DNA of 64,000 nt from contig NC_047078.1 in the NCBI RefSeq assembly GCF_902459465.1, forward strand, positions 8,494,001-8,558,000, in the 5' to 3' direction. Below are positions 1 through 11,600 of this stretch, piece after piece. The position numbers were made by a program, and so were the translations under genes. The notes beneath the pieces were generated by a model. That model saw only the letters and a list, made by a program, of their open reading frames with translations. It searched no databases and was not told the DNA's origin. This stretch comes from Asterias rubens. Lineage: Eukaryota. Position 1 is the stretch's first letter. Every line of letters begins with the position of its first letter.

Positions 1-202
1 CGTGAATACTCCTCGTTACTAGTTATTCTACGCAAGCATTCTATTAGGCGTTCTACAAAATTTGGCGTGGTGTGCAAGCAGAGAATGGTGATCGTAAGCC
101 AAGTATTTGGCGGTTAGGAGACTAGCCATGAAACTAGGCAGCTGTCACATAGTAGGAGGGTTGAAATTTTCTGTCTGTAATCTTAATGCAATGTTCTCTT
201 AA

Positions 203-926
203 AGGCACTGGACACCTTTGGTAATTGTCAAAGACCAGTCTTCTCACTTGGTGTTCTCAACATTATGCATAAAATAATGTCAGACCTGTGAAAACGTTAA
301 CTCAGTCATTTCAGTTGGGCGTCAAGTTGCGAGAGTATAATGGAAGACAAAACACCCTTGTCTCAAAAGGTGTGTGCTTTCAGATGCTTAAATTCGGGAC
401 CTCAGCTGAGGTCTCAAATTCAATTCAAATATTGAAGGCCAAATAAAACAAAAAAAACAGTTGATCGTCCGGATTTTTCAAAAAAGAGGATGAGGGCCTT
501 TTTTTTTCCCAAGATGGCCGCTTAGTATTTCAAATTAAACAGACCAAAATTCTTCAGTTTGAAACACCGTAAACTTATTTTATATCTATTTGCATGAGGA
601 CCCAACAGGGCCGGACTATTATACTAAAAAGATGTGCTGGTATCTGGTACATGTAGGCATTCACCTATATTGTTTTATGAAACGGACGGCTACACGTGTA
701 AAAATATACATAGTTAAAAAAAAGGATGCGGCCCCAAAAAAGGACGGGGGCGGGGACGATCAACTGGTATTTTTTTTTATTTGGCCATAGTGAGAAATTA
801 CTTTTTTTCAAAAACTATGTTACTTCACAGGGACACAACAGCTCCCCATTTCTGAGTCGTTACCAAGTAAGTTTTTATGCAAACAATTATTTTAAGTAAT
901 AAATTTACCAATAGTGTCCAGTACCT
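203..926. mobile_element. TTAA-flanked Kolobok-like MITE (family 1), interrupted by a nested MITE at 437-786
   Basis: TTAA|AGGCACTGGACAC...GTGTCCAGTACCT|TTAA; internal sequence matches the other family-1 copies. TTAA TSD with purine (AG) termini fits Kolobok rather than piggyBac (CCY termini). Confidence 0.7.
437..786. mobile_element. Unclassified MITE with ~34-bp TIRs
   Basis: GGCCAAATAAAACAAAAAAAACAGTTGATCGTCC at the left end and its near reverse complement at the right end. Confidence 0.7.
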
Positions 927-1538
927 TTAACTAAAAAAAAAAGAGTAAAAAACAACTATGTGTAATTTGTTTACCATGATTCTCTCAACATCCCCCAAAA
1001 TACATGAATGTACATTTCAGTTGAAAATTATATTTTGATTCAAGTTTAAAAAACAAAGAAATTAAAACATTGGATATACATCAGGCCTGGAATTTCATCT
1101 TTAAAAGGGCAAGGCCTTTTTTATTTTGCAAAGGGCACTTCCATTGGAAAATCTTGAAGATGCACCAAGGCCAAAACCAGTAGCCTATAATTCCAGGCCT
1201 GGCTAAAATGGTTTGGATCTGTTTTGCTATTTATAAAAAATCTACAAAAAAACATTACTAGAAAACTGTTAATTATTTCTATTTGTGGATTCTAACACTT
1301 TTTAAAAAGACAAACTTTTGAACAAAATTTCAAAATCTAACGTGAATTTTTACTATAAACCCTCCCACATCATATCAAAAATCCGCCATTCTAACTGGGC
1401 CTGAGTTCATAGAGCTGCTCAGGCAGAAAAATGAGCTAAGCACAACAAAATTATGCTTACCAGAATAACATTACCAGTCAAAATAACATAATATTTAACT
1501 AATAGCAGAGAATTTTTACCCAATACTCAAATAAGTCT

Positions 1539-1670
1539 TGGTGTGGGAGCCCACCCACGGCAGACCAGTCCGGGAAGACCCACCAAGACCATGCTCAAGA
1601 CCCTGATTGAAGACGCAGGAGTAAACAGCAAGGAGGAGCTAATCAGCTGTATGCAGGATAGAGTTGTGTG
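1539..1670 (+). mobile_element. RTE-type LINE ORF C-terminal remnant
   Basis: Frameshifted LVWEPTHGR / GRPTKTMLKTLIEDAGVNSKEELISCMQDR resembles the C-terminal motif of RTE-clade reverse transcriptase ORFs. Confidence 0.5.
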
Positions 1671-1671
1671 T

Positions 1672-1990
1672 AAGCTTGGGCGATATTACGATATTATCGA
1701 ATATCGCGATATAAATTTGGAAACGATTTCGAAATCGGATTGATTTGGTTTTAATCAATATATCGCGATATCGATTTAATATCGCGATCTATTTGCTAGC
1801 TGAGACATCTTGCACCCCATAGGTTTGGAGTAAAACCAGAAGAATAGGTCATTAGAACACCTCTCTTATGCTATGACTGTCTCTTCTACAACTTTCACTT
1901 GTATTGGAGTTTGAAGACTGATGATGTCAAATTTAATTAATCGCGATTATATCGAATATCGCGGTATTATGTCTGCGATATATCGTGAAT
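1672..1990. mobile_element. CGATAT/ATCG-rich non-autonomous DNA transposon remnant
   Basis: Dense CGATAT/ATATCG motifs at both ends of the segment. Confidence 0.4.
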
Positions 1991-2033
1991 AAAATAAATC
2001 AATAAAAAAATTACCCTTAATGATTAAACAAAT

Positions 2034-2268
2034 TACACCGTTTGAAGATAATGATAGTGGAAAGCTTCCCTGACAATATTACTTGCCGAGGTGCTGTAGT
2101 TTTTGAGAAATGAGTTAAACAATGTAATGAAAATAACTTTCGTCTCGGTGATCATGAGACGAAGATTATTTTAGCATGTAAAACAAATTTTTTTAAGACA
2201 CTGTTTTACTCATTTCTCAAAAACTACAGCACCTCAGCAAGTACTATCATTATCTTCAAACGGTGTAA
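2034..2268. repeat. Inverted-repeat core of a MITE
   Basis: TACACCGTTTGAAGATAATGATAGT...GCTGTAGTTTTTGAGAAATGAGT is mirrored by ACTCATTTCTCAAAAACTACAGC...ATCTTCAAACGGTGTA. Confidence 0.65.
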
Positions 2269-2615
2269 GTTTAATGTCAATCTGTGGACATTGTGTTTTG
2301 TGTTACAAAAAGTATCCAAATCCATTAAGCAGTCTCTATGACATTGGGTCCTAGATACCAACCCTGTTCGAATCACATTGGGGCACAACTAGGCTAGGCA
2401 CTACGTGGATTGGTTTTTCAGTCTCTACCTGATTGTTTGGGTTTTCCCTGGAATGAATTTTCTAGGATTTTCCTCCCACATCTAAAACTCAAACTTCCTT
2501 TGGTTTTTTTCTTCTTCGCTTTTCTGAGAGTCCTTGGCTTCACAACCAAAATAATGAAATATTCTGACGAGTCTGAGTTACTACATGTAGTCTGAGTAGT
2601 TATAAAACTCATAAC

Positions 2616-3329
2616 TCATGATAACGGGTTTAAATGATACTTCCTCTCAATTTTCTCTCGCTTCGTGACATTCCCACCTTCACTCAGAGTCTCGATGACA
2701 ACGTTCTCAGTGATCATGTTTACTCGATCCGCTATGACTCGTTCGAGTCTAAACTGAGTAACAGGATCCAAGGCAATGACTACTCGTTCCGGCTCTGACG
2801 AGTTACCAGTGTCGATACATTCCCTGCTACTAGCTGGTAACACAACTGTCTTAGCTGGTGACCGCGTTGTCTTGGCTGGTGAGCTCACAACTTTCGTCTG
2901 TGGCTCTTTAGGATTTCTATTTCTTCTCGGTCGTTGGATCGGAGTTTGCACCTTTAAGACTTCCTTCTTAATTTTCTTTGGTGGGATTTTGATCACCCCT
3001 GGGGCTTTAACTCGTGGCTTGACTTGTCCATCCTCCGCTACCATCGGTACTTGTTTTATATAGCGTATTTCCTGAAGATCATCACTGTGGTAGACAGAAT
3101 AGTGTTTGATGATGTCTTCCTTACGTCCGAACTCGGCCTCACATTTATTACAGGGAAAGCGAAATCCAAGGTGTTGCTCTTTCACATGGCGCTTGAGATT
3201 TTGTTTACTTGAGAACTTCCAGTTGCAGAAGGTGCAGTGCAGCGAGTTCTTGGGTATAATAGGTTCCCCCGAAGCGTCGACCTTGTCATTCAGTATGACT
3301 ACGATACTTTCCAAATTCTGATCCTCCAT
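2616..3329 (-). CDS. C2H2 zinc-finger protein (two fingers), main coding exon, 237 aa (possibly +14 aa from an upstream exon)
   Basis: CTFCNWKFSSKQNLKRHVKEQH and CNKCEAEFGRKEDIIKHYSVYH fit C-x2-C-x12-H-x4-H. Acceptor ctttctttctttgcag ends at 3332, two nt before the ATG. Confidence 0.85.
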   Translation of the reverse strand: MEDQNLESIVVILNDKVDASGEPIIPKNSLHCTFCNWKFSSKQNLKRHVKEQHLGFRFPCNKCEAEFGRKEDIIKHYSVYHSDDLQEIRYIKQVPMVAEDGQVKPRVKAPGVIKIPPKKIKKEVLKVQTPIQRPRRNRNPKEPQTKVVSSPAKTTRSPAKTVVLPASSRECIDTGNSSEPERVVIALDPVTQFRLERVIADRVNMITENVVIETLSEGGNVTKREKIERKYHLNPLS

Positions 3330-3420
3330 AACTGCAAAGAAAGAAAGTAACGGTTGTTACTTCAAGTTTGTGCTAAAAAATCTTTACAATATTCCAGTAA
3401 ATTTGCAAAGGATGACTTAC

Positions 3421-3541
3421 TACTGTCTCTCTCAGTCAAAAAGGGGATTTGAATTTTCATTCTGGGTCAAGATTAGCTTTCCCACCACCCTCAGTATGTG
3501 TGTGTTCCACATTTTCCTCAGACTTTTGACCATTAACAGGG
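3421..3541 (-). other. Probable upstream exon of the zinc-finger gene
   Basis: Acceptor ggttatag at 3542 and GTAAGT donor at 3420. An ATG at 3460 splices in frame (MKIQIPFLTERDSI-MEDQ). Confidence 0.45.
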
Positions 3542-3580
3542 CTATAACCAGTAGATTCCTCATTATATCGAGTGATTGAT

Positions 3581-4273
3581 GTCGGTCACTTTGTACCCAA
3601 ATTACTTCATATTCGTACCCAAGTCACTTTGTACCCAAATTGTCCTACCCAAGTCATTTCATACCCAAGTCGTTTCGTACCCAAGTCACTTCATACCCCA
3701 ATTGTCTGACTCTGACAGAAGTAGTTGGCCTTCAATATTTTCTTTCATGTGGACATCAACACCAACTATATTTCACTGTAATTAAAAACGACATGCAGGA
3801 AGATCAGAATAAAAGTTTCTCACTAACCTTGGTAAAAAAAGTGTCCAGTTATTATTATTATTGCTGAATTAATGTTCTTCACTTGACGCGATTTTCTAAT
3901 GGAGTCATGGGCTCCGTTTTTGACTTGTCCGACGGAGAATGGCACGCGTTGAGGGCATATTTTACACAAGCATTTCCTCCGTAAATTACTCTGTTTGCTG
4001 TTTTAAAAACTCTCCTAAAATGTGAATGTTTTATGGTTTTATTAACTGATTACCAGTGCTAATAACAAAAACGAATCCCCAACTTTGGTTTGTAAAAAAA
4101 ATGAAGGTTTGTTTCAAATTGTTTCCTTCGTCTCGACAACCTTAACCAATTCATTCACATACGACCTGAGTTGTGTACGAAATGACTAAGTACGAATGAA
4201 GTGACTTGGGTACGAAGTGACTTGGGTACGAAGTGGCTTGGGTATGAAGTGACTTGGGTACGAAGTGACCGAC
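3581..4273. mobile_element. Foldback-type element with arms built of ~17-bp tandem subrepeats
   Basis: Left arm has (CACTTCGTACCCAAGT)n variants and right arm has (GACTTGGGTACGAAGT)n; termini GTCGGTCACTT...AAGTGACCGAC. Confidence 0.75.
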
Positions 4274-5075
4274 TGCTCGAGTCTGAGCTCTCAAAATATT
4301 ATTTAGTAAGAACTTTTGTATTGGGTCTTTGTGACAACAAAAAACGTTTTTTTTTATATAATTATTAATAAATTATTAAATAAACTAGTAGTACTAGTAG
4401 GCATATGCACATCAATAACATGTCTACAACAATAACAATACATGTTGTTGCCAGCTTAAGTAAAGGTAAAGTACTTTTTGTTTACTACCACAATGAACAT
4501 TGGTAATTGATTGTAAAACAAAGGTTGAATGAATTTGTACATGTTTAAATGTAATGAATGAATGATTGAATGATACATTAAAAATTAAATTAAATATTGA
4601 ACATTCAATAATCAGACAAAATAACTTGTACATAAAAGGAAGTTTAAGCATGGTAAGACAGGAGAGGTTCAAAAATTGAGAGTAAACACAAATTGATGAT
4701 TGATATTAAGTGATAAGAAAGCAGCTGGACGATTGATGATACATGTTCAATGTGGGAAGGCGATCTAGAAATGGATCCACACTCACAAAGAAAAACACAG
4801 TGATTTCCTGCTTGCCAGTGCAGTGCACACACATGGGGGGGGGGGGGGGGGGGGGGTATACACACCGTTGGCATAGAGCAAGACCGTAGGTGTGTGAAGG
4901 CGCGGCGGCACAACACAGCAGGAAACGATAATTTCGGCTTTCTAGCTAGGGCTAGGGCTAGGCCATTTAACGGGGATTTCGTGAAGTACCCCGCCCGCAT
5001 CCGCAGCCAGCTCTTTAATCAAACCAACCCCACTACGTTATGAACTACATACCACTGCCCTTATTGTTAACTTAC

Positions 5076-5200
5076 CTTTATCGTGTAAAATCAACCAAAA
5101 AGTGAGAAAAGGACAACTTCCGAGTAGCAAAGCGACCAAACCATAGCGTTCCGATGTTTAGCAGTGTAGTCGGATACCTTTCATAATGGTGTAAGCACGT
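5076..5200 (-). other. Probable non-coding first exon of the zinc-finger gene (5' boundary approximate)
   Basis: Strong donor AAG|GTAAG at 5075 at the edge of a CpG-rich island. Confidence 0.5.
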
Positions 5201-5561
5201 TATAATCGCTATTCAAGACGTCGGGGTAGACTAGTAGCTGCAGCGCGCCCTCACGAGGCAAACAAAGACCAGGGCAAAATTGTCAGCCCCCCCCCCCCCC
5301 AATCCAAATAAATAAATAAACATGCATCAATATATACAAGTAAGGACCTAGTACGTGTTAAAAACTACTTTGCCATGGGAACGTAAGGTTTTTGAGTGGT
5401 ATTTCAACCAAAGTTTGAAGTGGACGCAGAAACAGCGATAATTGTTTCTTCAAAGACAGTGGTAGAGGGCGCCCTACTAACTTAGCGGAGAGAGTTTGCA
5501 GAGCAGAAAACAAGTTTGGTTCATTCGGCAGCGGGAGTGGGGTTTATTAAAATTAAAAACA
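5200..5561. promoter_or_regulatory. Putative bidirectional promoter (zinc-finger gene / ABCB8)
   Basis: CpG-richer patch between divergent first exons; contains an AGAGGGCGC motif at 5464. Confidence 0.55.
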
Positions 5562-5647
5562 ATGACAATTTTGTTATTTTGCGCTGCCAGCAGGCATGCC
5601 CTAAAAATGCAAATGACACCACGCATCTTCCGATCTTCAAACACAGG
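5562..5647 (+). CDS. ABCB8: ABCB8 exon 1 (presequence-like N-terminus)
   Basis: aaacaATG context; [28 protein letters not shown]; the phase-2 donor GG|GTAACG matches exon 2. Confidence 0.65.
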
Positions 5648-8600
5648 GTAACGTACAAACAATTCCTAAATTGTATAACCTTTTGGTAAAGTTATTCATT
5701 CAAAAGTCGACTAGGACTCGAGACGTGAGACTTTCAACATGTTCAACACAACATAACACAACAGCGTTCGTTACTTACAAAAAGAAGTTTTTATAAAATG
5801 GAACGTTCTTATTGTTATGCAAAATAATATGTAACTTGGCCTGCCGTATTTTGACGACAATTGGGCGTGTTTGAAGGGAAGAAGGAGGGAACTTAAACTT
5901 TGAATCAACTTTAAATTAATTCAGTTATAAACATGATAAATAAATGCTTGTTTTTAATAATATTGGTTGGCTATTAATTTTATTATAAAAATAAGCATGA
6001 TAAGTAAAAAAAGAGTTAATTAAAAATAAAAGACCGGGTGTGATGTCTGATAATCTGATGATTGTTTCATTTCTTCAATAATACTAATATAATAATGTTT
6101 GTTGAATGTCACATGGATGCTGTATAATTAATAACCCTTATACAAAAACAGTAATCTATAGAATTCTAGTTAGATTTGCTGTCACTTATTAATATTTGGT
6201 TTCATGTATTTTAAGAATTCCTATATATCCGGCTGATAATAAGGTTTATCGCGATTGAGTTGAGAACCGCAATGCATTATGGGTAGGCAGGGGGGCATTC
6301 ATCGCCGCGGTGTATGTAATGTTGTCTTACACGACATGCGCACACAGGGCCTATGTCTCTGTGTGGATAAACCTTATTAATGGGTTGTTTTTGTATGTTG
6401 TTAACAGTATAGTGGATTGTAGTTGCGATAACACAACCCTCCTCCCAACGGTCGAGAGGAGGAGTGTTCCGTTATCACAACTAAATAGATTGGTACCCAG
6501 AATTAAATTTTATTTTACCCAGTCAGTTCTGTAGCGTGTTATTCAAATGATCTCATTCCAATTTCACTGATTTACAACTTTTTAAATAATAACAATTGAC
6601 ATGATGATTATGATTATAACAATGTCTTTTGATGTTTCTATTTTTTAGATCCTTGTTTACTTCAGTTGGGACTGTCCAATGTTCCAAATCTCCAACCATC
6701 TTCAGTCAACGAGTTCTAAGATTATACAACGCTATAACAAGACAATCACTCTGTCCAAAAGATAGAAATGCATCAAAGATCATCCCACAAGTTTCCAGAG
6801 GTACATGTATATAATTTTTGCATTCCTAGTACTCCTTGTTAACTTTGAGTACATTCCTACAGACCCATTTACTCGGGGGCTGTACTCCTTTTTTCCCTTC
6901 ATTTTGTCATTCTCGCTCATACTAGCTCGGTAAGGTTAGGGTTCAGTGTGACCATCATAGATAATTGAGGTTTCGCGGTTGACTTACAAAAAGTTGAGGT
7001 TTCGCGGTTGACAAAAAGTATCTGGGGCGCTATTACAGTATGACAAATAATGACAAATTTCAAGAAATAAAGGTGTACAGTGCCCCAGTAACTGGGTCTA
7101 TTTTATTCCCTATAATTCTTTGTACTGAAAAAAAGTGATAAATGTTCGTAAAATTTAAAATATTATCAAATTGAAACACATATATCACTTCCTCCGTAAG
7201 ACGCAACTGCACCTCCAAAGTGAGGCTAGAAGTAAAAATTAGTCTGGTCACCTTTTGCTACAACTTTTATAATCCTATGAAGGATACAGGAGACCTGACA
7301 AAAATGTCGCTGCATTATTGAGTCTAGTGTCTTGTATTCTTCTACCTAATTCCAGGTTTAGTGCTCCTGGGTGGCAGTCTAAGTTGGAGCCTGTGGGGTG
7401 TCGTAGCGGAGTGTAAGATCAGAACCAAAGGAAGTTCTCGTATCTTGGATAAAGACGGCAAATATGCAGAGGATCTGAAACAGCCTCGCTTCAAAAAGAG
7501 AAAGTTTCTGAAACTGCTGTGGCCAGATTTTTGGTACTTAGTTGCTGCTGTTGTTGTAAGTAGGTTTTGTTTGTTTTATATTCTCACCAAGAAAGACCTT
7601 TTAAGGAAGAATTTAATGAAAAGTGTATTAACCTTGTTTGGGTTGTATCACAGAACAAAATTGTTGCTAGCTTATCAACAAACTTCTGTAAAGTTTATTT
7701 ATGTCGACTACTTAGGAGTATGCGACACCGGCAACAAATAAGTTAGTCTTGGTGCAAGACCATGGCCCAACAGTGCCAGCTATCTTTATATAGTAATGTG
7801 CACGTTGAATGAGAATATACAATTAATGTCTTGCACTAAGACGTGTACCAATAAGTGCATCAATCACGACAACAATCTTTAAGCTAAGAGTCCTTACTCC
7901 TTGGTGTTGAGAAGCAACAATAGTTTGTCTTGTTTTAAAGGATCCCCAGGCCTTAAATTTCACTGTTGAAGGGACACAGGTCTCTATGGAGACAACTTTC
8001 TATTGAAACCTAACAGAGGGCACCACAGCAAAAGCACAAGGCACCACAGCAATTTCTGTGGGAGCCCTCTGGGACACTTTTGGTCAGGACCAGGGCCCGA
8101 TTTTATAGAGCTGCTAAAAAAGTTAAGATGTTGCTTAACAATTGGCTGCTCAGCAGAAATAAGCAGGACACCATAGTCACAAATTTGACATGTGACAATA
8201 TGGTAGTTCATTGGATTCGTAACCTTGAATTCTGGTAATCAAAATGTTATTGTGCTTCGCTACTTTTTTGTGTTTAAGCAGGATTCGTACCCACACTTTC
8301 ATGACTTGACCAACAGACTGACAAAATTTGAGTTTGATACACTTGTGTGTAAGCTTGCTTTTACAGCTACATGTATTATTACCAAATTGTATTCATTGAT
8401 TTTCTTCTTGCAGAGTGCATTAGCTGCTGCATTGATCAACGTTCAGATCCCAGTCTTTCTCGGAGATATGGTCCAAGTTGTAGCAGAGGCAGCTGCAAAG
8501 CAATATGGGAACTATATGAGTGAGATACGAGGTCCGGCGTTGAAGCTTATCGTTGCGTACTGCCTGCAGGTAGAGTAGAATGATTGCTTTCTTTACCACA

Positions 8601-11600
8601 AAATTCAATTGTCTTCTCAAAACTTATCTCATGTCACAGGTTTTCAAGGATTCATTTTGTTTTGTCTGTTTTTGTCCTTGTTTTGTTTTGGTTTTGGTTT
8701 CACTGCGCCATGGAACACCCAGCAGGGTGAATATGTGTGCATTACAAGTCTTATTATTATAATAACTATTATTGTTAATATTAATCTCCAAAGGAACTTT
8801 GAGAAGATGGTAGGGACACTCCCCAAAAACCAACAGTACAAATTTCACCCTACCTCCCTAGGCCAACTTAACCTCAGGCAACCTCAATTCTCATTGATTT
8901 ATAATTTCCTTAAAGGCACTGTTGGTAATTGTCAAAGATTAGTATTCTCACTAGGTGTATCCCAACATATGCATAAAATAAGAGATTTATGAAAGAAAAA
9001 ACACCATTGTTGCACAAATCTGTGTGCTTTCTGATGCAAAATAAAAGGCTGGATGAGGCCTGAAGTCTTTTAATATTTGAGAGAGCGACATTATTTCAGA
9101 GGGAGCCGTTTCTCACTGTTTTATTTCATCAACAGCTTTCCATTGCTCTTTGCCAAGTTAGTTTTTATACTATGAACATTTTGAGTATATTTACCTATAA
9201 TAGTGTTCATTGCCTTTAAAGCAAGCTTTGAGATTAAAATTCTTCAAGTAATTTGTTTGTGGTCATTACCAATATTTTATTTGTTTAGGCACTTTGTACC
9301 TGTAGTTACATCTCCCTGTTGTCTGCTGTTGGTGAACGCACTGCAGTGAGGATGAGAGAAGCGTTGTTTGCCGCCCTCTTGAGACAAGATATAGCATTTT
9401 TTGACACCCATCATACGGGTGAACTAATCAACAGGTTAGTCTCCTGATGGTATTTTGATTATTTTAAAGCATGAGTAAAACTTCAGAAAAATCTATCCTG
9501 CTATTCAGGAAGATTTTTGTTTTGGACATTGTTTAATCATCAAGTGTAACAAAATCAAAATAATCAACCAGGGCCCATTTTCATAAACCTGTAAGCACAA
9601 AAATTTGTAGACTTGTAGACAAGCTGTTATTGGTCCCATGCGGTGAGGCGAGGGCGAACTGCTGGTTGCCGACTTCTACTCCCCATTAAATGGGACGGTA
9701 GTCGTGACAGCTGTAGTAGGATACCGCGGCAGAGTCGGAACACTGTCACTGCGACAGACATTTAACGACTTGTCCACAAGTCTTAAAAAACTTGCTTAGC
9801 ACAGAAAAGTTTTGCTAAGCAAAGATATTTGTCAAGCAGTACTTTCTGCCTAACAGCATATACTGCAATAACCTATCTTTCTGAAAGTTTGTATAAACTC
9901 AGCGCCTTGAGTACCTTGGTTGGTGGATATGTGCACTTTATAAGACTTTGATATTATTATTATTATTATTATTATTATCATAAGTCATAACTTTAGATGA
10001 AGTACCTTGTTCTCTCAGTGTCTTCTTCCTTTTTATTTTTGGAAGTTTCCCATCTCAAATCTTGTCTTGACGTGGTCTTTCTCAGCAAAAATCTGTTTTT
10101 GATAGTGAGAACAAAGACATGGAATTTATGATTAAAAAAGATTTTAAAAATCCTGACCAAGGTTTGTTTCATTTCAATCCAAGGCTATATCCAAACCGTT
10201 ATGGCTTTGACTACCATTGTTGCTTAGAGTAACATGATGCTCCATGTCTGTATAGCTAACATAGTGGGCCTGCATAGTAGACTTAAATGACCTTTGACCT
10301 CAGCATTCTCCAAACTTTCTTTTTTAATCATCTTGCAGATTATCAGCGGACGTTCAAGATTTCAAAAGCGCCTTCAAGCTTTGTGTAGCACAGGGTCTAC
10401 GAGGCATAACTCAAGTCCTTGGTGCTAGCGTTGCTATGTACGTCTTGTCTCCAAAGTTGACTCTACTACTCATAGCAGTCGTTCCAGGAGTTGTTATCGT
10501 CGGGACATTCATCGGAGCTTCTCTAAGATCATTATCACGACAAGTTCAAGAACAGGTCAGTACTCTCTAAGTTCTTGTTTTTCAGTCATTGATCGAGTGA
10601 GAAGAATTCCTTCCTTGTCTTCTCTCCATTGAAATCTTGACTAGTATAGTGATTAAGTTCACTTTTCTGAGAGTCCCTAGCTTCACAACTAACAAAATGA
10701 AATGAAATTAAACAACAGGTGAGTATTTTCTGAGGTCATGTTTTCCCATTAGGGGAAACTCCATCAAGAAAGAAACCAAAATAAAACATAATTTTCAACT
10801 GGCGACTCACACATGTTATCTCTGGTGTATTTTCTAAGGTCTTGTGTTTCATTAGGGAAAGCTCCATTAAGAAAGAGGCTAGAATAAAACATCATTTTCA
10901 ACTGGCAACTCACACCTGTTATCTCTGTGTATTTTCTAAGGTGTTGTGTTTTATTAGGGGAAAGCTTCATTATGAAAGAGGCCAGAATAAAACATCCTTT
11001 TTAAACTGGCAACTCACACCTGTTATCTCTGTGTATTTTCTAAGGTCTTGTGTTTCATTAGGGGAAAGCTCCATTTAAAAAAAAGGCATAAATAAAACAT
11101 TCCTTTCAACTGGCAACTCACACCTCAATTACACCTTGCACAAACCAGTAGGGCTGCCGATACTGCCCTAGGCAGGTTAACTGCTCCACCTTTAAGTTTA
11201 AGTAAATCAATGTAAACACACCTGCTAATGAAAAGGATATATAGTTTCCAAGTCTTTGTGGTGAAACTCAAAAAATCATTACTGGAGCTCTAATAGATAA
11301 TGTTGTTTTAGGTTATAATTATAACAAACTCTATCCTTCACTTGTCTTTATTTACAGGTTGCTATGGGAACCTCAGTTGCAGATGAAGCGTTAGGTAACA
11401 TGAGAACAGTACGATCATTTGCAATGGAAGAAAAGGAGCTGGAATTGTACTGCGACGAGATCGAGAAATCCAGACGGCTGAATGAAAGACTAGGTCTTGG
11501 TATTGGTCTCTTTCAAGGACTCAGTAACCTAGCTCTTAATGGTAAATGGCATTGATACTATTCTACTGATAGTGTGAACTCTATAACCGGCTGCAGTGGA

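Noticed and set aside
2418-2612. Second ORF right after the zinc-finger stop
   Set aside because: It overlaps a dispersed repeat also seen near 10600-10710 and 14230-14390.
4834-4857. Poly-G/poly-C tracts (also 5287, 28487, 29557, 53024, 61334) as functional G-quadruplexes
   Set aside because: These are simple homopolymers of uncertain assembled length, with no supporting evidence of function.
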